A stretch of DNA of 24,264 nucleotides from Pseudobdellovibrionaceae bacterium (GTDB lineage: Bacteria > Bdellovibrionota > Bdellovibrionia > Bdellovibrionales > Bdellovibrionaceae). How positions within the stretch are numbered: position 1 is the stretch's first letter; every line of letters begins with the position of its first letter. Below, piece by piece: positions 18,066 to 24,264 of the stretch. The DNA lies in assembly GCA_041288045.1 (NCBI GenBank), contig JBGGMM010000145.1, positions 1 through 24,264 on the forward strand, in the 5' to 3' direction. The notes under the pieces were generated by a model that ran no database searches, was not told where the DNA came from, and was given only the letters and a program-made list of their open reading frames with translations. A program made the translations under genes and the position numbers.

Positions 18066-19060
18066 GCTTTCACCTTTTGAGCGGAAGATTTGCGGCGAAT
18101 AAAATCAGTGATTTCATTGCTGCCGAAAAGGCCTTTGGGTCTGAGGATCATCAGTAAAATCAAAGAAAGAGAATAAATCACCATTCGCAAGTCCACGCCG
18201 GTGAGATCTTTCAAAGGTCTGAGAGCTTCTGGAAGGACAGTGATAAATACGGCGGCCAAAAGCGAACCTGAGAGACTTCCCATTCCTCCCAGAACCACCA
18301 TGATGACAGCATCAATGCTTCTCATAAAAGCGAAAGATCCTGGATTCAGGTAATTCGCGTAATGCGCAAAGATGGAACCGGCAACTCCGGCAAAAAAACT
18401 GGAAAGCACGAAGGCGCGAACTTTGGCTTGAGTGGTGTTCACTCCCATCGCCTCTGCGGCGACTTCGTCTTCGCGCACACTGAGAAAGGCCCTGCCGTGA
18501 CTGGATCGGATCAAACGCCAAATCGTTAGAAAACAAAGTACCACCCAAAAAAGGGCATGTGTATAACCAATCACGAATTTGCTCACGACGAAGCCGCCAA
18601 GATCCCAGTCCGTCGGGCCTAAAATTCCATACATTCCGCGAGCTCCGCCCACGGCTTGAGTGTTCAGAAGGATCACGCGAATGATTTCGCCAAAACCCAA
18701 AGTGACAATGGCCAGATAATCCCCTTTGAGTCGAAGTGACGGAAGTCCCACCAGCCATCCGGCTAAGGCAGCCGCCAAGCCGCCGCTGATGGCGTAAAAA
18801 AAATAAGAAAAAATCTGCAGTCCACCTGCCATCGGTGGAAGCATGGTGCTTAAGAAACCAGAAGTGTAAGCGCCAACGGCCATAAAGCCCGCATGGCCTA
18901 AAGAAAACTGTCCAGTGTAACCATTGACGAGATTCAAGCTCATGGCCAGCATCATGTTGATCATGATGTAAATGAGAATGAGCTGAATGAAAGCATCAAA
19001 ACTAAAATCAACAGCAAATCCGCACAGCCAGAGTCCAGCAAACACAAGAAGCGGCTTCAT
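18062..19060 (-). CDS. livM: Branched-chain amino acid ABC transporter permease
   Basis: GYTGQFSLGHAGF, LRLKGDYLAIVTLGFGEI, REDEVAAEAMG, VLGGMGS. Confidence 0.95.
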   Translation of the reverse strand: MKPLLVFAGLWLCGFAVDFSFDAFIQLILIYIMINMMLAMSLNLVNGYTGQFSLGHAGFMAVGAYTSGFLSTMLPPMAGGLQIFSYFFYAISGGLAAALAGWLVGLPSLRLKGDYLAIVTLGFGEIIRVILLNTQAVGGARGMYGILGPTDWDLGGFVVSKFVIGYTHALFWVVLCFLTIWRLIRSSHGRAFLSVREDEVAAEAMGVNTTQAKVRAFVLSSFFAGVAGSIFAHYANYLNPGSFAFMRSIDAVIMVVLGGMGSLSGSLLAAVFITVLPEALRPLKDLTGVDLRMVIYSLSLILLMILRPKGLFGSNEITDFIRRKSSAQKVKA

Positions 19061-19962
19061 CAGACTTTCTCCACAGAGTTTTTGCCTAAGAGTCCTGAAG
19101 GTCTGAAAATCAAAATCACAATCAAAATTCCAAATGCAAACGCATCCCTGTAAGTAGATGAAAGATAACCCACCACCATTTCTTCAGAGACTCCCATCAA
19201 GAGTCCGCCGAGGACGGCGCCAGCAATATTGCCAATCCCACCAAGGACGGCGGCAACGAAGGCCTTCAGTCCAATGAGCATTCCCATGAGTGGATCAATC
19301 TTGGGATATTTCATTCCGACAAGCACGCTGCCGACACCTGCCAATGAAGAGCCGACAATAAAGGTAAAAGCGATGATTTTATCTGTGTTCACGCCCATCA
19401 GGCTTGCCACACTCATATTGGTGCTGGTGGCCCGCATGGCTTTTCCAAGCATGGTCTTATAGATCACAAAATTCAGAATCAGCATCATGATCACAGTGAC
19501 GGCAAGCACAGTCACATCACTGCTTTTCAATTGCACACCGTTCATTTCAGCAAGAACAGTGTCATTCAGAACCGAGGGAAAGACTTTTGGATCCGCGCCG
19601 AAAACGACTTGCGCGAAATATTCAAGGAAAAGCGAAACTCCGATGGCTGTGATGAGAATATTGAGTTTCGGAGCTTTCCTCAGAGGCCGATAACAAAAAC
19701 GTTCGATCACCAGCCCAAGCAGACTGCAAGCCACCATGGAAGCGACCAGCAGGATGACTAAGGTTCCGACTCCTGGTTGATTGTCTCGCCCCAAGAACAT
19801 CGCTGTGTAATAAGATGCGAATGCTCCCATCATATAGACATCGGAATGGGCGAAATTGATCAGTTGCAAAATCCCGTACACCATCGTGTATCCGAGAGCG
19901 ATGAGAGCATAAATGCTCCCAAGGCTCACTCCGTTGATGATGTGCTGGACGAAATCTTCCAT
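19060..19962 (-). CDS. livH: Branched-chain amino acid ABC transporter permease
   Basis: GSIYALIALGYTMVYG, INFAH, KAFVAAVLGGIG, RPSGLLG. Confidence 0.96.
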   Translation of the reverse strand: MEDFVQHIINGVSLGSIYALIALGYTMVYGILQLINFAHSDVYMMGAFASYYTAMFLGRDNQPGVGTLVILLVASMVACSLLGLVIERFCYRPLRKAPKLNILITAIGVSLFLEYFAQVVFGADPKVFPSVLNDTVLAEMNGVQLKSSDVTVLAVTVIMMLILNFVIYKTMLGKAMRATSTNMSVASLMGVNTDKIIAFTFIVGSSLAGVGSVLVGMKYPKIDPLMGMLIGLKAFVAAVLGGIGNIAGAVLGGLLMGVSEEMVVGYLSSTYRDAFAFGILIVILIFRPSGLLGKNSVEKV

Positions 19963-21089
19963 TAAGGATTGATTGTCGTGACGTACTTATTGTTGGAGCC
20001 ATCGACCTGCACAACAACTGCTGATTTCACAGCATTGCGTTTGTCATCGATGGTGATTTTACCAGTGGCACCTTGAAATTCTTTAACTGCTGCCAATTGA
20101 TCACGGATGGCTGAAGCTTTGATTTCAGGTGAAGCTTCGATCGCTTTGATCAACATTTTGGTCGCATCATAAGCGACAGAAGAAAGTCCATCAGGCTGCT
20201 TGTTGTATTTCGCTTTGAATTTGTTCATGAAATCAATCGCAGCTGGCTCTTTGCTTTCTGTTGAATAGTGATTGGAAAAGTAAGCTCCGTTGACAGCTTC
20301 TTTGCCGATCTCAGAGAGCTTCGGAGAATCCCAACCGTCGCCACCCATTAAAGTGGATTTGATTCCCAGTTCGCGAGCTTGCCGAGCGATCAATCCCACT
20401 TCGGTATAATAGCCGGGGATGAAAAGCGCATCAGGATTTTTGGATTTGATCTGAGTCAGTTGAGCTTTGAAATCGACATCAGACCCCTGGTAGCTCACGT
20501 CAGCCACGATCTCTCCACCGAGCTCTTTGAATTTTGCTGCAAAAAAATCAGCAAGACCCACAGAGTAGTCAGATTTCACATCACGAAGAATAGCAACTTT
20601 CTTTGCTTTCAGATTCTCAGATGCGAATTTCGCCATCACAGTTCCCTGGAAAGGATCGATGAAGCAAGCGCGGAAAATAAAATCTCCGACTTCAGTGACT
20701 TTCGGATTTGTTGAGCTCGGTGTGAGCATCGGAACTTTCTTCGCTTGCGCGATAGGTGCCGCTGCCAAAGAGCGAGAGCTGGCCACTTCACCCAGAAGAG
20801 CGACAACTTTTTCTTGCTCAATCAGGCGTGTGACAACAGAAGCGGCTTCTTCCGCTTTGCCTTGATCATCCATTGTGATCAATTTGATCTTCTTTCCTTT
20901 GATTCCGCCAGTGGCGTTGATTTCATCGATCGCCAAACGAATTCCTTCATCCGTGCTTTGACCGAATGTTGCTTCTGAACCTGTCATTGAGCCGTAGTGG
21001 CCGATGACAATTTCATTGCCCGCATTTTTCTTAGTACAACTTGCTAAAAAAGGCAGCACCACAAGGGCCACCAACAAACTTCGACGCAT
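19962..21089 (-). CDS. livK: Branched-chain amino acid ABC transporter substrate-binding lipoprotein (LivK/LivJ family)
   Basis: Lipobox LAS-C; SMTGSEATFG, INATGGIKG, FRACFID, GGDGW; AGGAGG RBS. Confidence 0.9.
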   Translation of the reverse strand: MRRSLLVALVVLPFLASCTKKNAGNEIVIGHYGSMTGSEATFGQSTDEGIRLAIDEINATGGIKGKKIKLITMDDQGKAEEAASVVTRLIEQEKVVALLGEVASSRSLAAAPIAQAKKVPMLTPSSTNPKVTEVGDFIFRACFIDPFQGTVMAKFASENLKAKKVAILRDVKSDYSVGLADFFAAKFKELGGEIVADVSYQGSDVDFKAQLTQIKSKNPDALFIPGYYTEVGLIARQARELGIKSTLMGGDGWDSPKLSEIGKEAVNGAYFSNHYSTESKEPAAIDFMNKFKAKYNKQPDGLSSVAYDATKMLIKAIEASPEIKASAIRDQLAAVKEFQGATGKITIDDKRNAVKSAVVVQVDGSNNKYVTTINP

Positions 21090-21106
21090 TTTTCCTCCTA
21101 GTTAAC

Positions 21107-21141
21107 CACTTGAATAGATTATGGGATTTCTCAAGTGTCAA
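21107..21141 (-). promoter_or_regulatory. Candidate sigma70 promoter of the liv operon overlapped by a 7-bp inverted repeat
   Basis: Minus-strand TTGACA at 21141-21136 with a weak -10 (TCTATT at 17 nt). Inverted repeat CACTTGA (21107-21113) / TCAAGTG (21131-21137). Confidence 0.4.
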
Positions 21142-21181
21142 CTCTCAGACGAGAAGCTCTCGGGAATCCTTTGCGTATGCG

Positions 21182-22150
21182 TTATTGAGCCAGAACATTG
21201 GCCAGAGCTAAAAAGTCTTTCGGAGTTTCTTTTTCGCGATCAATGGCGATGGAAAAAGGAACCTTAACGATTTGTTCACCTTGCACTCCGTACATCACAT
21301 CTTTCTCGCCAGTCAAAAGGCCATCGACTGCCGCCGAACCCAAGCGGGTGGCCAAGATACGGTCCATCGCTGTCGGAGAGCCTCCTCGTTGGACGTGTCC
21401 TAGAATGCAAACTTTCGCATCCAAACCTGATTTTTTGCGGATCTGTTCAGCAAGATCGTAAGCTCTGCCTGGCTTTTGTCCTTCGGCTGCGACGAGAATC
21501 GAGCTTGTTTTGCCTTTTTTTTGCCCAGCTCGGATGCGCTCAATCGCTTGATCCACAGTGATCACCACATCGGGTGCAAAAATCATCTCGGCCCCACCAG
21601 CCAGTCCGACGTGAGCTGCGATCAATCCGCAATTGCGACCCATGACTTCGACTATGAAAAGGCGATCGTGAGAAGCCGCTGTGTCACGAATTTTATCGAT
21701 GGCTTCAAGAGCTGTGTTGACGGCTGTATCGAAGCCAATGGTGTTGTCAGTTCCATAAATATCATTGTCGATTGTTCCCGGAATTCCTGTGATCGGAAAT
21801 TTGTGCTCTTCCCAAAGAGCATGCGCTCCAGAAAAAGAACCATCTCCACCAATGCAAACCATACCTTCTATTCCGTGATCGCGGAGGTTGTTGACCACTT
21901 GCTTTCGAACTTCCGCTTTCATGAAATCTTGGCTGCGTCCTGTTTTTAAAACAGTTCCACCCCTTTGAATGATATTGGCCATCGAGCGAAGATTCAGTTC
22001 TTGAAAATGTTTTTCGACCATTCCGCCATAGCCACCGATGATGCCGGTCACTTCAACTCCGCGGGCAATGGCCGTTCGGACAACAGCCCGAATGCCGGCA
22101 TTCATTCCAGGAGCATCACCACCACTTGTATAGACGCCAATCTTCTTCAT
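21182..22150 (-). CDS. pfkA: ATP-dependent 6-phosphofructokinase
   Basis: TSGGDAPGMNA, GGDGS, PGTIDND, GFDTA, VEVMGR, LGHVQRGG. Gly in GGDG and PGTIDND indicates the ATP-dependent type. Confidence 0.97.
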   Translation of the reverse strand: MKKIGVYTSGGDAPGMNAGIRAVVRTAIARGVEVTGIIGGYGGMVEKHFQELNLRSMANIIQRGGTVLKTGRSQDFMKAEVRKQVVNNLRDHGIEGMVCIGGDGSFSGAHALWEEHKFPITGIPGTIDNDIYGTDNTIGFDTAVNTALEAIDKIRDTAASHDRLFIVEVMGRNCGLIAAHVGLAGGAEMIFAPDVVITVDQAIERIRAGQKKGKTSSILVAAEGQKPGRAYDLAEQIRKKSGLDAKVCILGHVQRGGSPTAMDRILATRLGSAAVDGLLTGEKDVMYGVQGEQIVKVPFSIAIDREKETPKDFLALANVLAQ

Positions 22151-22156
22151 AAGTGA

Positions 22157-22185
22157 AAGCTACGCCGAGGCGCGGAGTTAGGCAA
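22157..22185 (-). promoter_or_regulatory. Candidate sigma70 promoter for pfkA
   Basis: Minus strand TTGCCT-N17-TAGCTT, then 6 nt, then the ATG; no SD sequence. Confidence 0.55.
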
Positions 22186-22313
22186 AGAAACTGAATCTGG
22201 GAAACGGTGCCTCTTTGAAATCCGGGCAGGCAAAATGCCCTTTTGTGGCTGGGGAGTTTCGAGCACAGCGGTGATGAATGTAAACGGAAGTCTGACCATC
22301 CATGAGAAAGCTC

Positions 22314-22532
22314 CCAGACGGCCATCCGGGCCGTCTGGCAAGTTTAAAAAAGGCAGTCGATTTTTGCACTCTCAGTATCGTTTGCCTATAAACAGACGAT
22401 ACTGAGAGTGCTTGAACCAAGCTTTCGGTCGCAGAAAACGGTGCGGCATTTATTCGCCAACCCACTCTCATCTTTTTGAACTGCCGATCACGATGATCGG
22501 CAGTCCGGGGGTTCGGGGCAGGCTTGCCCCGA
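22314..22532. repeat. Cluster of strong palindromes (REP/REPIN- or MITE-like, or structured RNA)
   Basis: Stems: 22314-22338 (10 bp), 22366-22411 (19 bp, one G-U), 22480-22504 (11 bp), 22513-22532 (8 bp). Confidence 0.7.
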
Positions 22533-22579
22533 TTGCATGGATGCAGACACTTCATGATCAAGTCCAGGTAGCATTTTGC

Positions 22580-22610
22580 AAAAAAAACCCGGATCTTGCG
22601 AGCCGGGTTT
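22580..22610 (-). terminator. Intrinsic terminator after the HU gene
   Basis: Minus strand AAACCCGGCTC-GCAA-GATCCGGG-TTTTTTTT. Confidence 0.9.
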
Positions 22611-22646
22611 AGTGGTTCAGATTCAGGTTCTGAATCCGCAAGGCGA

Positions 22647-22919
22647 TTACTTCACCATTGCTTTGAATTCAGCACCAGCGCGGAACTTTGGAGTCCATGC
22701 AGCTGGGATTTTGATCGCTTTTCCAGTTTGTGGATTGCGACCAGTGCGAGCTTTGCGCTTTGCTTTTGTGAAAGTTCCGAAACCAACGAGTTTTACGTCG
22801 TCGCCTTTTTTCACAGCTTTCTTGATGTTGTCGAAAGCGCAATTCATGATGTTTTCAGCTTGAGCTTTTGTGCAAGACGCTTCAGCTGCAATTTTTTCGA
22901 TGAGTTGTTGTTTGTTCAT
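22647..22919 (-). CDS. hup: DNA-binding protein HU
   Basis: MNKQQLI, VKLVGFGTF, RTGRNPQTG, PKFRAG; 90 aa; AAGGAG RBS. Confidence 0.97.
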   Translation of the reverse strand: MNKQQLIEKIAAEASCTKAQAENIMNCAFDNIKKAVKKGDDVKLVGFGTFTKAKRKARTGRNPQTGKAIKIPAAWTPKFRAGAEFKAMVK

Positions 22920-22983
22920 CGTCGAACTCCTTCTTGTCGTTCAGTGTGGTTTTTGATTTGGCCAACCCATGGCCGCAAAATCA

Positions 22984-23013
22984 ATTAGAGAGCTGAAGTG
23001 ACCCGAGCGTCAA
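22984..23013 (-). promoter_or_regulatory. Candidate sigma70 promoter for HU
   Basis: Minus strand TTGACG-N18-TCTAAT, preceded by an AT-rich UP-like tract. Confidence 0.45.
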
Positions 23014-23084
23014 AGAATTTTTAAAATTGAAATCCGTTGCGTCAGCCCGAGTGCCTGTGAAATGCGCCAACAGGGGGGAATTGC

Positions 23085-23309
23085 TTAATTTCGAGGTTCG
23101 TTTTCAGAGTTGCTGTCTTCATCTGGGAAAAGGTCCTGGACTGAAGCCCCGTCTTGAGTGGGGACTCGGTATTCTTCATTGGCCCATTGACCCAGGTCAA
23201 TCAGACGGCAGCGCTCGGAACAGAAGGGCCGGAAAGGATTTTCAGGTGAAAAGACGGCCGGGTTTCCACAATAAGGACATTTGACTTTACGAATTGAATT
23301 CTCAGACAT
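23085..23309 (-). CDS. yacG: DNA gyrase inhibitor YacG (zinc finger)
   Basis: VKCPYCG...[24 protein letters not shown] with an acidic tail. Confidence 0.95.
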   Translation of the reverse strand: MSENSIRKVKCPYCGNPAVFSPENPFRPFCSERCRLIDLGQWANEEYRVPTQDGASVQDLFPDEDSNSENEPRN

Positions 23310-23363
23310 GAGTTCTTTTTCCTCGATATCCCATGAAAAATCAATTTGGATAATGACAGAAAA

Positions 23364-24119
23364 TCACTGCATTCCGCAGTTCGCAGTTGAGCAGCGGACC
23401 ATGCGACCTGAAGCTGCAACTTCGCCATTAAAGACCAAGCGGTAGTCCCAAGCCGCATCTTCGAGTTTTCCCTGGGCCACTTGGAATTGAAACAAAAGAC
23501 CACCAGAGTTGTAATAGAGATCATACCCAGGGGCATTGCCGCGCAATTCAAAACCTTGTGAGTTATTGATGGGCCAGATAGTCATGGTCAAAGACATCGG
23601 ATTGTAGACATTGCTGTTGTTGTAGGTACTGAAGCCAAACATTCCCAAGATGAATTGTTGGAAACTGGGAAGGCTGTACCAATAGTTGCTGCAGTAGTAG
23701 GGGCTTTGGCAGCTGGTATCGGGCATTGAGCGCACAATCATTTGCACTGTCTGAGCTTGGGAACCGTTGGCGAAAATCATGATGTCATTAAAGCCTCGCA
23801 TGTAGGAATCGCAATCTGCCAATCCGCCATCTTTGTAATTGCGATCGCAAGTCCGCATCGCTGTCTTGAAAACTTGTCTCATTCCCTGTTGAAGCACGTA
23901 AGAGGATCCACCATTGTTATAGATTTTATCAAATGTCGTGTTCTGGGCGAAAAACCCGATTGTTGTTCCTTGCTGAACATTCACAGGTCCATACGGAACA
24001 ACGGCTGGTGCGGGAGTTGAATCAACAGATCCGCCACCACCTGATTTTCCACAAGCCGTAATCAGAGCACCGACGAGTGCAGCAGCGATGACCCAGACAA
24101 GAGTGGAATGCTTTTTCAT
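23364..24119 (-). CDS. Hypothetical Cys-rich lipoprotein
   Basis: GGAGG at 24129-24125 precedes ATG 24119; signal peptide with lipobox ITA-C, Gly/Ser/Pro linker, six further Cys. Confidence 0.8.
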   Translation of the reverse strand: MKKHSTLVWVIAAALVGALITACGKSGGGGSVDSTPAPAVVPYGPVNVQQGTTIGFFAQNTTFDKIYNNGGSSYVLQQGMRQVFKTAMRTCDRNYKDGGLADCDSYMRGFNDIMIFANGSQAQTVQMIVRSMPDTSCQSPYYCSNYWYSLPSFQQFILGMFGFSTYNNSNVYNPMSLTMTIWPINNSQGFELRGNAPGYDLYYNSGGLLFQFQVAQGKLEDAAWDYRLVFNGEVAASGRMVRCSTANCGMQ

Positions 24120-24147
24120 AAAATCCTCCATACGAGGGAGTGCAAGT

Positions 24148-24232
24148 ACATAAGACATGCCAGAAGGGCTGGGAAAAAAGGCCGGCAGAATGCCTTTATA
24201 TTGGATATCAAAGGCAAATTCTCATTTTGAGA
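24148..24232 (-). promoter_or_regulatory. Possible sigma54-like -24/-12 element with upstream palindromic sites
   Basis: Minus strand TGGCATGTCTTATGT (GG-N10-GT, imperfect -12). Palindromes TGCCTTT/AAAGGCA (24191-24216) and TCTCA-TTT-TGAGA (24220-24232). Confidence 0.35.
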
Positions 24233-24264
24233 CACTCAAGACTGTCTAAAATTTATCTGAGGTG

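Noticed and set aside
22180..22300. Possible c-di-GMP-I riboswitch, SRP, RNase P or tmRNA in the pfkA-HU gap
   Set aside because: I could not find the diagnostic motifs (GGCAAAC..GAAA..GACGCAAAGC, CAGG.CCGGAAGG.AGCAGC, GAGGAAAGTCC, tRNA-like ends) by eye; a cmscan would settle it.
22364..22413. CIRCE-like arms GCACTC...GAGTGC
   Set aside because: The spacer is 34 nt rather than 9, the arms belong to a longer 19-bp hairpin, and no chaperone gene is adjacent.
22116..22612. Short ORFs (64-127 aa) in the pfkA-HU intergenic region
   Set aside because: They run through palindromes and the terminator, overlap each other, and show no recognisable motifs or convincing RBS.
133..24020. Many antisense or alternate-frame ORFs inside the flagellar, liv, pfkA, hup and yacG genes
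   Set aside because: They are shadow ORFs fully overlapping well-supported genes, with no protein-family features.
1..24264. CRISPR array, transposase, integrase, prophage, tRNA or rRNA
   Set aside because: No regularly spaced direct repeats, no mobile-element proteins and no RNA-gene signatures were seen.

Overview
Bacterial chromosomal window; gene content and order suggest a Bdellovibrionota/deltaproteobacterial-type organism (inference). The + strand (1-14219) carries a compact flagellar basal-body/hook operon: partial TPR protein, a degenerate sigma54-activator-like regulator, flgB-flgC-fliE-fliF-fliG-fliH-fliI-fliJ, a MotE/FlbB-like gene, fliK, flgD, a TIGR02530-like 'flagellar operon protein' and flgE, closed by an intrinsic terminator. 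A lytic transglycosylase lipoprotein follows. The - strand carries a Cys-rich lipoprotein, yacG, HU, pfkA, a livKHMGF-type ABC transporter and a coupled PlsC-like acyltransferase. No rRNA, tRNA, CRISPR array or transposase is visible. Best leads: (1) a twin-hairpin RNA element between the TIGR02530-like gene and the flgE ribosome-binding site, possibly a protein/RNA module controlling hook synthesis; (2) an enhancer-binding protein that has lost GAFTGA, Walker B and sensor II; (3) a REP/REPIN-like hairpin cluster between pfkA and HU; (4) a possible leaderless sigma28-driven transglycosylase.
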